Virus record (IMG/VR): IMGVR_UViG_3300012855_000033 | Location: 1-36,536 of that record | DNA: 36,536 nucleotides | Origin: a virus | Lineage: Duplodnaviria > Caudoviricetes | Strand: one strand, 5' to 3' | Shown: positions 19,599-27,455 of the stretch, piece by piece | How positions within the stretch are numbered: the first letter of the stretch is position 1 | Layout of the letters: every line of letters begins with the position of its first letter | Program-made: the position numbers and the translations under genes | The notes under the pieces: generated by a model | What the model was told of the DNA's origin: nothing | Seen by the model: the letters and a program-made list of their open reading frames with translations, nothing else | The model's database searches: none

Positions 19599-20122
19599 GC
19601 GACCACCCCGAGCGCAGGAACTGGGACGCAGCGGTGGCCGACCTCGAGCGGCGGCTGGATGCGCGACTGGACGAGCACGAGGCCGCGACGGCGCAGCGGG
19701 CCGCGCAGCTCGAGGCGCGCATCGACGCGCAGCTGCAGTCAGTGATCGAGGAGGTCCGCCGGCTGGCCGACGCGGTCGGGGCCATCGAGCGCGAGCAGCT
19801 CGTCGCAGAGGCGAGGGAGGCCGGGCGGCGCGAGGCCCTGCAGGACGTCGCGGAGGCCACAAGCCCGGGGCGACCCGCCCCCCTGCTGGGAGAGCCCCGC
19901 GGCTGGGACCGGCTGGCGCAGTGGGTCACGCAGTGGTCGCCGTGGCAAGTGCTCGTCGGCCTGGCCCTGCTCGTCGGTGGCCCCACCGTCGCCGGCCCGG
20001 CGGTAGAACGGCTGCTCTCCACGCTGCTGCCGACCACGACGACCGTGCAGCTCGAGCCCGCCCCGAGCGCCCGCGAACTCATCGACACCGGCGAGAGTCG
20101 GCCGCCTCGGGCGGTCCCGTGA
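19595..20122 (+). CDS. coiled-coil protein with C-terminal TM segment (holin/lysis-module-like)
   Basis: GTGA coupling; heptads followed by WQVLVGLALLVGG. Confidence 0.55.
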   Translation: MSDHPERRNWDAAVADLERRLDARLDEHEAATAQRAAQLEARIDAQLQSVIEEVRRLADAVGAIEREQLVAEAREAGRREALQDVAEATSPGRPAPLLGEPRGWDRLAQWVTQWSPWQVLVGLALLVGGPTVAGPAVERLLSTLLPTTTTVQLEPAPSARELIDTGESRPPRAVP

Positions 20123-20403
20123 CCCCGGTCGCGCTGCTGCTGGTGGCAGCTGCCGCGGCCGCGGCGGTCTCTGCGTGGGCCCGCGCCGCGGCGGCCGAGG
20201 CGGACGTCCGGCGGACGTCGGATTTGCTCGTCGAGGCCGAGGAGCTGTGGGCGGACCGGCACCGGCTCGCCGTCGTCGAGCAGGACGCCATCTCGCAGCT
20301 CGCGGCGATGCGCACGACGATCAACATCATCGCGGCGAGGGCCGCTCTGGAGGCCAGGTATGGGCACGGACAAGGCAGACACCCACATTCACCTGCACGG
20401 TGA
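20119..20403 (+). CDS. hypothetical protein with hydrophobic N-terminus
   Basis: GTGA coupling; VALLLVAAAAAAAVSAWA. Confidence 0.5.
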   Translation: MTPVALLLVAAAAAAAVSAWARAAAAEADVRRTSDLLVEAEELWADRHRLAVVEQDAISQLAAMRTTINIIAARAALEARYGHGQGRHPHSPAR

Positions 20404-20644
20404 GGGCGCGATCCACCACACCCCCCGGGTGCGCCTGCACTGGGGGGACGAGGGCATCGACGAGACCCACGACGCCGGGTCGGCGGTCGTGCTGTCGTGG
20501 GCGGCAGCCTACGCGGCGTCGGACTGGTCGGCGCTCCAGACCCAGATGTATCAGTGGATGCAGACGGCCGGCGTGAGTCCGGCTGCGTGGGCGCGCCGCG
20601 CTGCGTTCGCGGCGGCGCTGCGGCGGGCGTGGGGCACGGCGTGA
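20360..20644 (+). CDS. hypothetical protein
   Basis: GGAGG RBS before the ATG. Confidence 0.55.
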   Translation: MGTDKADTHIHLHGEGAIHHTPRVRLHWGDEGIDETHDAGSAVVLSWAAAYAASDWSALQTQMYQWMQTAGVSPAAWARRAAFAAALRRAWGTA

Positions 20645-20682
20645 CACCCATCCTCCCCACCCCGAGGCCGACGCTGTGAGCC

Positions 20683-20901
20683 TCACTCTACCAGCACCGA
20701 CGGCTCCACCTGCAGCCGCAGCCCGTGCGCTGCAGCGACGTCCGCAAGGGCATCCAGGGACACGCGCCCTTGCAGCGCAGAGTGCAGGCGCTGGCGCGGC
20801 CATCCGATGCGGCTCGCTACGGCCGCGTCCGCCTCCCCACCCTGTCGCAGGGCGTCGGCGATGGCCGCAGCAGCCGCGATGCGGCGCTCGCGGCGGGTCA
20901 C
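20683..20901 (-). CDS. small HTH (XRE-like) DNA-binding protein
   Basis: DAAVASRIGWPRQRLHSALQGRVSLDALADVAAAHG matches the XRE HTH pattern; GTGA coupling. Confidence 0.65.
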   Translation of the reverse strand: MTRRERRIAAAAAIADALRQGGEADAAVASRIGWPRQRLHSALQGRVSLDALADVAAAHGLRLQVEPSVLVE

Positions 20902-21194
20902 TGCTCGCACCGCGCTCGGGCGGCGTCGTCGACGGTGTCGTACAGGGAGCCGTCGAGGTCCAGCACGCGCCCGTCGTCGTGCTGGATCCAGCCCATCATG
21001 GGGCGCACGTGCCACCCATCGCGCTTCAGGGCCTCCAGGGCCTCATTCTGAATGCGCGACCGCTCGTCGCTGTCGCGGCTGAATCCGTGCTCGCGCGGGA
21101 TGCGCAGCACGGCCAGCAGCGCGGCGAAGGGGTCATTGCTCAGCAGCTGGGCGGCCGCGGCGGTGTCGGCATGGATGGTGTCGTAGTCGAACAT
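20898..21194 (-). CDS. hypothetical protein
   Basis: AGGA RBS; coupled to the HTH gene. Confidence 0.65.
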   Translation of the reverse strand: MFDYDTIHADTAAAAQLLSNDPFAALLAVLRIPREHGFSRDSDERSRIQNEALEALKRDGWHVRPMMGWIQHDDGRVLDLDGSLYDTVDDAARARCEQ

Positions 21195-21218
21195 GGTGTC
21201 GTCCTGTGGCGTGAGAGG

Positions 21219-21581
21219 TCAGAGGGAGGCGATGGCGCGCTCGACGCTGTGTCCGGCGCGAAGCGTGCGGAAGCCCTTGCGGATCTGCGAGGCGCCGTCG
21301 CCCTTCGGCGGGTGCGTCCGCACGTGCTCGATGATGGCGAGCATCCCGGGGCGAAGCGCCTCGGGGATGCGGTGCAGGTCCGCCGTGGCGCGCTCGATGA
21401 CCGCCGCGCGCTTGGCGTCGAGGTCGCGAGCGGTGACCCGGAGGCGCATGGCGCGGAGCGCCGTCTGCAGGTCGCCACCGTCCCGGAGGTAGGCCAGGCA
21501 CAGCACGAAGGTGGCGCGGTAGTCGCCGCCTTCGGTGCGGACAAGGGCGCGGGTCAGCTTGTGAGCGGTGGCGAACAGCAT
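21219..21581 (-). CDS. hypothetical protein
   Basis: GGAG RBS; first gene after the leftward promoter. Confidence 0.65.
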   Translation of the reverse strand: MLFATAHKLTRALVRTEGGDYRATFVLCLAYLRDGGDLQTALRAMRLRVTARDLDAKRAAVIERATADLHRIPEALRPGMLAIIEHVRTHPPKGDGASQIRKGFRTLRAGHSVERAIASL

Positions 21582-21629
21582 CGTGGGCTCCGGGGCTCGT
21601 CGGGGGCTCCATCGCCCTCCGATGTTGTC

Positions 21630-21657
21630 ATTGTAACGCATGACGAATGCCCGTCAA
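21630..21657 (-). promoter_or_regulatory. sigma70-type promoter TTGACG-N16-TACAAT
   Basis: Near-consensus hexamers in an AT-rich gap with an upstream T-tract. Confidence 0.7.
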
Positions 21658-21679
21658 CAAAAAAGTTTACGGAACCCCA

Positions 21680-22273
21680 ATGACCCCCGTTCTACCTGAC
21701 CTCTGGCGTCACCTCGCCCCGCTGCGCTCGCTCCCGTACGGCCCCCGCTGGCCGTCGGAGGTCGACTGCTCCACGCTGGTCGCCCACGTGGTGCAGGAGC
21801 ACTACGGGACCGGCCGCGACGTGTGGCAGGCGGTCTCGCTGTCGCTGCCCGACGCCGGCCCCTGGGATGGCGTGGTGGCCGTCGCGGAGGCGCTGGGGAC
21901 GGATCCGTGCCTGCCCTACCACGGGCCGCACCAGCCGATGCCGGGCCGGCTCCACTACGTGCAGGGGTGGTCGGGTCTGTCCGCCGAGGGCGCCATCGTG
22001 CGCGACACGCCCTCTCGGCGCGGCAGCCGGGGGCACGCGTGGCTGTGGCTGGCCTTCGGGGCACAGCGCCATGACGGGACCGCCCCGCCCGGCGGGGTCG
22101 GCGTGTGCATTGAGGCCAACCGCCCGCAGGGCGCTCGCCTCTGGGACGGGCGCGGGGTCCGCGACCTGGCCGACGTCGTCGCGGAGGACGGGCGGCTCGT
22201 CGCCGAGATCGCGCCGCTCGATTGGGACGTGCGGGCCTCCTACCACGAGCACGCCTGGGTGGTGCTGCCGTGA
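21680..22273 (+). CDS. NlpC/P60-like peptidoglycan peptidase, putative endolysin
   Basis: PYG...VDCSTLV catalytic Cys, GHAWL His and IEAN polar residue; followed by TM genes. Confidence 0.65.
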   Translation: MTPVLPDLWRHLAPLRSLPYGPRWPSEVDCSTLVAHVVQEHYGTGRDVWQAVSLSLPDAGPWDGVVAVAEALGTDPCLPYHGPHQPMPGRLHYVQGWSGLSAEGAIVRDTPSRRGSRGHAWLWLAFGAQRHDGTAPPGGVGVCIEANRPQGARLWDGRGVRDLADVVAEDGRLVAEIAPLDWDVRASYHEHAWVVLP

Positions 22274-22617
22274 CCGACGCGCTCCCCTGGGCCCTCGTCG
22301 CGCTCGTCGCCGTCGCGGTGCTCGCCCTGCTGGCGTGGCGCCGGTGGGGTGGTCCGGGCGCGGTGTCGGTCGGGCTGGGGGCGGTGGCGCTGTGGCTGGC
22401 TGCGGCTGTCGGGCTGGTCCGCATCGGTCGTCGCCCTCGAGGGCGTGCACCGTCCACGCCGCCCGACCTGCACCGTGCACGGGAGGCCGCCGAGGAGGCC
22501 CGCCGCGCCGAGCGCGCCCGGGAGGCTGCCGTGCGTCTCGAGGCCGACATCGACGCGGCCGGGGACGCCGAGGCGCTCGTGGAGCACCTGACGCGCCGCA
22601 GCCGGGGGGAGTCGTGA
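22270..22617 (+). CDS. two-TM protein with coiled-coil tail (holin or i-spanin-like)
   Basis: Two hydrophobic stretches, then an Ala/Glu/Arg helix; follows the endolysin. Confidence 0.5.
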   Translation: MTDALPWALVALVAVAVLALLAWRRWGGPGAVSVGLGAVALWLAAAVGLVRIGRRPRGRAPSTPPDLHRAREAAEEARRAERAREAAVRLEADIDAAGDAEALVEHLTRRSRGES

Positions 22618-22692
22618 GCCGGCCCGCGAACTATGGGCTGCCGCGCGCCACGCAATGGCCGTTTCCGGCTGCCGGCTCGCGAGGAGCATAGC

Positions 22693-23016
22693 ATGGACTG
22701 CCCGCCCGTCCCGCCGCCCCCCGTCGAGGTCGTCGAGGGGGCCCCCGTCGCGGAGGTCCCGCTGCCTACCCTGCAATGGCTGGCTGACCGCGACCTGTAC
22801 GCCGTCCAGCTCGAGGCGTGCCACCACGACGTCCGCGCCGAGCTGCTGCTCGCGGAGGCCGAGCGCGACGCGGCCCTGTGGCTCGCCGAGGAGCAGGCGC
22901 GGCAGGTGGAGGCCCTACAGCAGCGCCCCCGGTGGCGCACGGTGGCGCTCGCCGGGGGCGTGGGAGTGGTCGTCGGGTCGGCGGCTACGGTGTGGGCGGT
23001 GTCGCGGCTGCGGTAG
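22693..23016 (+). CDS. coiled-coil protein with C-terminal TM (spanin-like)
   Basis: GAGGAG RBS; Pro/Cys N-terminus, heptads and VALAGGVGVVVG tail. Confidence 0.5.
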   Translation: MDCPPVPPPPVEVVEGAPVAEVPLPTLQWLADRDLYAVQLEACHHDVRAELLLAEAERDAALWLAEEQARQVEALQQRPRWRTVALAGGVGVVVGSAATVWAVSRLR

Positions 23017-23317
23017 GCGTGTCGCCTCGCCCCTCGCAGTCCGGGCACCCGTCGGTAGTCGGGTCGCCGACCTGCTCTGACTGGCCGGGCTCCTCGGTGC
23101 CCTTGGTCGCGCGGGGCCAATGCGGCGCGTCTCGCTGAAAGCGTCTGCCTGCCGCGTTGCACGCTGGGCAGATGGTGACCCACCCAGCGAACCCTCGCCT
23201 CACGCGGCGCCATCCGTCAGGCATCCAGGTGCAGTGCACGCTCCACGTGTCTGCGTCCTGCCGGGCATGGCACACCCAGCAGCACACCGACGGCTTGACC
23301 TTCTTGAGCTGCATCAT
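22985..23317 (-). CDS. Cys-rich hypothetical protein
   Basis: CWVC, CPAC and CPDC motifs; ATGA coupling. Confidence 0.55.
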   Translation of the reverse strand: MMQLKKVKPSVCCWVCHARQDADTWSVHCTWMPDGWRRVRRGFAGWVTICPACNAAGRRFQRDAPHWPRATKGTEEPGQSEQVGDPTTDGCPDCEGRGDTPTAAATPPTP

Positions 23318-23751
23318 CCCGCCACCCCCATCCCCAGCGCCACGAGGGCGTGGGCTTCGGTGGGGTGGTCGTCGTGCTGCGCCCGCCGGCCCTGCGCATC
23401 CATGCACCGCCAGCGACGGCGGACCACGCCTGACATGTCGGGGGCGGCCGGCTCGTAGCAGCGCACGTAGAGGCCGGGCGAGCCCGTCAGGTCGCGCACC
23501 AGCGCCCGCAGGCAGCCGAGGGTGGCGGGGTCGGAGAGGTCGGGGAGGACGCCCCACTCCTCTGGGTCTGCGGCGAAGAAGGTCGCGTAGCCGCCCGTCT
23601 CGCCCGACGCGCCGTTGGCTGACGTGAACCGCCACCAGTCGCCCTCGCTTTCGCAACGGCCACGCGCCCCCGCCATCCACCGCCACCACGGCAGCGTGAC
23701 GAGCAGGCGCGCGAGGTCGTCGAGGTCGGCGGGGAGGTCAGTCGTTGGCAT
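23314..23751 (-). CDS. hypothetical phage protein (PDLSDPATLGCL motif)
   Basis: GAGGAGG RBS; WRWMAG...LPDLSDPATLGCL motif. Confidence 0.7.
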   Translation of the reverse strand: MPTTDLPADLDDLARLLVTLPWWRWMAGARGRCESEGDWWRFTSANGASGETGGYATFFAADPEEWGVLPDLSDPATLGCLRALVRDLTGSPGLYVRCYEPAAPDMSGVVRRRWRCMDAQGRRAQHDDHPTEAHALVALGMGVAG

Positions 23752-24220
23752 GGCCGGCCTCCTCGGCGAGAAGGTTCCCCCACACGTCGCGGGCATGCTG
23801 GTCCCGGCACTCACGCAGCCAGGCCAGCACCTGGTCCACCTCGTCCTCTTCGATGCGCGCAACGGTGACGCCACGGCTGGCGCCCTTGCGAGGATGCAGC
23901 AGCCAAGCGCGGAACGTGAGGCGCGGCGGGGTGGGTGGTTCCTCGCTGTACGGGCAGGAGCCGCCGACCACTTCGAACGCGAAGTTCACCACGAGGTTCA
24001 GGTAGTTCGGCGTCAGTTCAAGGTCTGGCCATGCGTCGACGGCAAGTTCGTGAGACCAAGACGTGTACTCGCCTGGACGTGCGCGTCCACGCATGTAGTC
24101 ATCCCCTGGGCGCCAGCCAGTGTAGCTGGGATTCGTGTTGCAGGCGGCGACCATCCAGTCGGGGGCCTCGCGTTTCACGGCGTCTTCTGCATCGAAGTTC
24201 TTGGGGTCAGTCGCCGGCAT
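23738..24220 (-). CDS. hypothetical protein
   Basis: GAGGTG RBS; 14-nt overlaps with both neighbours. Confidence 0.65.
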   Translation of the reverse strand: MPATDPKNFDAEDAVKREAPDWMVAACNTNPSYTGWRPGDDYMRGRARPGEYTSWSHELAVDAWPDLELTPNYLNLVVNFAFEVVGGSCPYSEEPPTPPRLTFRAWLLHPRKGASRGVTVARIEEDEVDQVLAWLRECRDQHARDVWGNLLAEEAGHAND

Positions 24221-24401
24221 GGGGCACCTCGCACACCTCGGGCGGGCCCACGTAGCGGGCATCGCGGTGTTGTAGCATCTCCTGGCACACGTCGTGCCGG
24301 GCCGTGACGCCACGCAGCTCGGCCAGCCCCAGCATCGCGAGCAGCGCGAGGACCACGGAGAGGGCTCCGACGAGGAACTCGGGCGGGTCAGTCGTCTTCA
24401 T
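24207..24401 (-). CDS. small single-TM protein
   Basis: AGGAAGGA RBS; FLVGALSVVLALLAMLG. Confidence 0.6.
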   Translation of the reverse strand: MKTTDPPEFLVGALSVVLALLAMLGLAELRGVTARHDVCQEMLQHRDARYVGPPEVCEVPHAGD

Positions 24402-24606
24402 GGGTTCCTTCCTTCCGGCGCGTGAAGCCGGGGCAAACGGGGTCCTCTTGGGGGACTCGCACGCCGTCGAAGTTCCACAGGCACCACTCGCGAACAGACG
24501 GGCTTGCGTCCTGAAGGGCGCAGCCGCCTGGCGTGGGCGGGTAGTCGCTGGCTGGCCTGTTGTGCACACAGTCCACGCACCGGGGCGCGGGGTCAGTCGT
24601 CGTCAT
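24388..24606 (-). CDS. small Cys-rich protein
   Basis: GGAGG RBS; CVDCVH...C...C...CPGF. Confidence 0.6.
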   Translation of the reverse strand: MTTTDPAPRCVDCVHNRPASDYPPTPGGCALQDASPSVREWCLWNFDGVRVPQEDPVCPGFTRRKEGTHEDD

Positions 24607-24751
24607 GGTGGGCCTCCACGCAGGTGCAGAGGGTCGTCTGGATCGCGTCGGCAATGGCGTACAGGCTGGCCGCGATGGTCAGCAGCGCGAAGATCAGGAA
24701 GCCGGCGTCCAGCGCGGACAGCCGAATGGTGTGGGTGGTGTGGGTGGTCAT
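24593..24751 (-). CDS. small single-TM protein
   Basis: GGAGG RBS; ATGA coupling; hydrophobic core. Confidence 0.55.
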   Translation of the reverse strand: MTTHTTHTIRLSALDAGFLIFALLTIAASLYAIADAIQTTLCTCVEAHHDDD

Positions 24752-25398
24752 GGGGTCGCCTCCATCACGCGCACGGCGGCGCGCAGGGCGGGGATTGGTA
24801 GGCGCGTCGTGCAGGCGGCGACGGGGGCCTCCCAGCGTCCGGTCCGGGTCATCAGCTCCCAGCAGATGGGGTCCTCGGGGTCGAGGGTCTCTCCCATCTC
24901 CCACCCTGCCACCTCCCCCGGCTCCAGCTCCAGCCCCACGAGGGCGCAGAGGCGGTCGGAGAGGGCGAGGTAAGAGGCGATGCGCGTCATGCGCGTCAGG
25001 GCGGTGCACAGGTGCGCTTGATGTGGCTCCCACAGCCTCGGCAAGCTCGACAGCATGGCGCGCCCAACGGCGTCGTTCAGCGTGCGCGGACCGTCCTTCG
25101 CGGCTGGCGCGAGTCGCCGGTACACCCTCGCCGCCAGCCCCGCGAGGCCGAGGCCGAGGGGGTCGTCGAGGCGGAGATTCACCGTCGTCTGCGCGCCGCT
25201 GGTGCGCAGGTCGAGCCACTCGGTTCCGCTGTCCAGCGAGACCGTGACGCCCCCGTCGTGCCAGGTCCCGACCTCGGCCGTCTCGTCCCACTCCCGGGCA
25301 GGGCCGGCGCTCCAGCCCTCCCACGTGACGCGCACCGGCGCCCCATCCCACAGCCCTCCCGGCACCTCGTCTGCCGGGTGCGTCGTCGGGTCACCCAC
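24748..25398 (-). CDS. hypothetical protein
   Basis: GTG start with GGAGGTG RBS, both inside the 40-bp repeat. Confidence 0.6.
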   Translation of the reverse strand: MGDPTTHPADEVPGGLWDGAPVRVTWEGWSAGPAREWDETAEVGTWHDGGVTVSLDSGTEWLDLRTSGAQTTVNLRLDDPLGLGLAGLAARVYRRLAPAAKDGPRTLNDAVGRAMLSSLPRLWEPHQAHLCTALTRMTRIASYLALSDRLCALVGLELEPGEVAGWEMGETLDPEDPICWELMTRTGRWEAPVAACTTRLPIPALRAAVRVMEATP

Positions 25399-25594
25399 GG
25401 TCCACCTCCGGCGGCGTGCAGCGGACGGCGCGGCGCCACCACACGACCTCGCCGTACTCCTCCAAGCCGCCGCCAAGGGACTCCCGGAGCCCGTTGTGCT
25501 CGACGGAGATGTGCGCCGCGAAGGGCTCCCAGCCCTCGCCGGGCGGCGCGGGGTCGCCTCGAAACACCATCTGCGTGTACACCTCATACACCAC
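25391..25594 (-). CDS. small hypothetical protein between 40-bp direct repeats
   Basis: Start and C-terminus are both supplied by repeat copies; ends AVRCTPPEVDRG. Confidence 0.55.
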   Translation of the reverse strand: MVYEVYTQMVFRGDPAPPGEGWEPFAAHISVEHNGLRESLGGGLEEYGEVVWWRRAVRCTPPEVDRG

Positions 25595-25630
25595 GGTCCA
25601 CCTCCGGCGGCGTGCAGCGGACGGCGCGGC
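25395..25630. repeat. Perfect 40-bp direct repeat pair (25395-25434 and 25591-25630)
   Basis: CCACGGTCCACCTCCGGCGGCGTGCAGCGGACGGCGCGGC occurs twice. Confidence 0.92.
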
Positions 25631-26435
25631 CGTCGGGGCCGGCGAGCCATTCCACCTCGTCCGCGTCGCCCACCTCCGCGACCGGGCCGTCAAGGTGCTG
25701 CGCCAGCAGCCCCCCGTCGTCCTCCACCCACGTCGGCGTGTAGTCCGTGGCGCCCTGCCAGCGGCCCCACCACCACCCCGGCCCGTCCGGCAGGGGGCGG
25801 GGAGGGGTGCGGAGGGCTGCGCGCTTTTCGACTAGCTCGATGACCTCGCAGCCGGCAGCGTTTCCGGCGATGTAGCGCCCCGCGTGGTCCGCCAGCTTTG
25901 CCGTCACCCCCGCCCACTCCACCGGGTCCGCCCCCTCGGGCACGTCGAGGGCGGAGAGGAGGGCGGTGCCCAGCTCGGCGGCGTTGCGCAGGACCAGCGC
26001 GTTGGCCTCGATCTCGGGCCAGTCCGCGCGGGGAGAGATGCCGAGCACGGAGCGCAGCGCCCCGAACTTCCGCCGCCAGTCGTCCGCCCGGTTGCGGGCT
26101 TCGTCGCGCTCCCGGCGGGCTTCGTCGCGCTCGGCCGTCGCCTTCCGCAGTCGCTTCCACGCCTCCTCGCGCTGCGCCCTCGCGCCGAGGGCAGCCACGC
26201 GCCACTCGTGCGCGTTCCGCCACTCCTCCAGCGTCGGCACCGGCACGACGGCGCCGTGCTCGTCGGTGGCCCAGGTGAGCGACTCAACCGGCGCAAGGGT
26301 GTTCTCGTCGGGCACGTGCGCCCACAGCCCCACGGGCAGGGCGTCGGCGGCCATGGTCACACGCGCGAGCGACCCGCTCGCCAGGTAGTACGGCCCCCGC
26401 TTCGTGGGCACGGGCTTGCTGTCACTGCTGCTCAT
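25584..26435 (-). CDS. coiled-coil hypothetical protein
   Basis: AGGAG RBS; ERDEARR heptads; ends AVRCTPPEVDRGV. Confidence 0.7.
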   Translation of the reverse strand: MSSSDSKPVPTKRGPYYLASGSLARVTMAADALPVGLWAHVPDENTLAPVESLTWATDEHGAVVPVPTLEEWRNAHEWRVAALGARAQREEAWKRLRKATAERDEARRERDEARNRADDWRRKFGALRSVLGISPRADWPEIEANALVLRNAAELGTALLSALDVPEGADPVEWAGVTAKLADHAGRYIAGNAAGCEVIELVEKRAALRTPPRPLPDGPGWWWGRWQGATDYTPTWVEDDGGLLAQHLDGPVAEVGDADEVEWLAGPDGRAVRCTPPEVDRGV

Positions 26436-27126
26436 GGCGAATCTCCTGCTCGATGGCGTCGAGCGTCAGGTCGGTGATGCGGTCCCAGCCGGCGGCCCCG
26501 GCGGCGACCCCGGCGGCGACCCCGGTGGCCCTGGCGGCCCCGGTGGCGACCTCGGCAACCCTAGCGGCGACCCAGGCGGCCCTGGCGCCGGCCCAGGCGG
26601 CCCTGGCGGAGGCCCGGGCGGCATCGGCGGCGGCCCGGGCGACGGTCCGGGCGGCCTGCAGATCTCCGCGTCCGCGCAGTGCATCCTGCACGCCCCGGAC
26701 GGCGTCGAGCGCCCCCCACTCGTCGACGGTCACAGCCTCGGTCGCTACGTCGAGGATGCCGCACAGGGTCTCCACGCGGACGCGCTCCCATGCCGGCTCG
26801 TCGAGGACGTGCCACCTCAGCGCCAGCTGGCCGAGGCGCCGCATACGGGCCCCCCAGCCGCCACAGTCGTCGAAGTAGGGCACCAGGTAGGCCAGCCACG
26901 CTGGCATCACCTCCGCCGGGCAGGCGGATGGGTCCTTCGCGTCCCTGGCCTCGTCGGACAGCGCGGCGAGGGCGCACATGCGCTCTTGGCCGTCGGTCCA
27001 CGCGCCGCGAAGCAGGTCTCCGCGGTCGAGCAGGGCGAGGAGGCGGGCGCCTCCGGGGTCGGACGGGTCTCGGACAGGTTCGGCCCCGCTGGGCTGTCCG
27101 GGCTGGCTACTGCAGTCGCTCTTCAT
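26422..27126 (-). CDS. hypothetical protein with Ala-rich C-terminal repeats
   Basis: AGGAGG RBS at the chosen start; MCALAAL...SACPAEVMPAWL followed by AARAAWA-type repeats. Confidence 0.7.
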   Translation of the reverse strand: MKSDCSSQPGQPSGAEPVRDPSDPGGARLLALLDRGDLLRGAWTDGQERMCALAALSDEARDAKDPSACPAEVMPAWLAYLVPYFDDCGGWGARMRRLGQLALRWHVLDEPAWERVRVETLCGILDVATEAVTVDEWGALDAVRGVQDALRGRGDLQAARTVARAAADAARASARAAWAGARAAWVAARVAEVATGAARATGVAAGVAAGAAGWDRITDLTLDAIEQEIRHEQQ

Positions 27127-27143
27127 GGCGTTCCTCCTATGCT

Positions 27144-27455
27144 TCATCGCTCCCTCCACGTCGACCACAGCCCGGGGCAGATCACCCCGTCCGGCCGATG
27201 CCACGGCATCGCCCCGGCCGGGTCCAGCTGCGTCCACCCGAGCTCGGCGAGCTGGTCGGACAGGTGGCGCATCACCTCAAGGCACGACCGCCCCGGCCGC
27301 CAGCTCATCACCTCGAGCAGCAGGATGCCGTCGACGTCCCACACGAGCGACGCCGTCGCCCATGCCGGCATGTCGCGGGCAGCCGTGCTCTGCGGCACGC
27401 CCGGGTTGCGCTTCGCCGCGTCGATCGCGGCGCGTCGGATGCTGGGGTAGGTCAT
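27144..27455 (-). CDS. hypothetical protein
   Basis: ATGA coupling to the exonuclease gene. Confidence 0.55.
   Translation of the reverse strand: MTYPSIRRAAIDAAKRNPGVPQSTAARDMPAWATASLVWDVDGILLLEVMSWRPGRSCLEVMRHLSDQLAELGWTQLDPAGAMPWHRPDGVICPGLWSTWRER

Noticed and set aside
22612-22692. HDV-like ribozyme or tRNA in the structured spacer
   Set aside because: Could not fit the nested double pseudoknot or a cloverleaf with T-loop by eye; kept only as a generic structure
25395-25630. Possible DGR template/variable repeat pair
   Set aside because: The copies are identical with no adenine-specific mismatches, and no reverse transcriptase motif was found in the window
26094-26132. 18-bp repeat with 21-bp period
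   Set aside because: Simple duplication of a coiled-coil heptad (ERDEAR) within a gene
26404-27450. Plus-strand ORF with collagen-like GGP repeats
   Set aside because: It is the antisense shadow of Ala-rich codons in the minus-strand gene 26422-27126, which has an RBS and fits the operon
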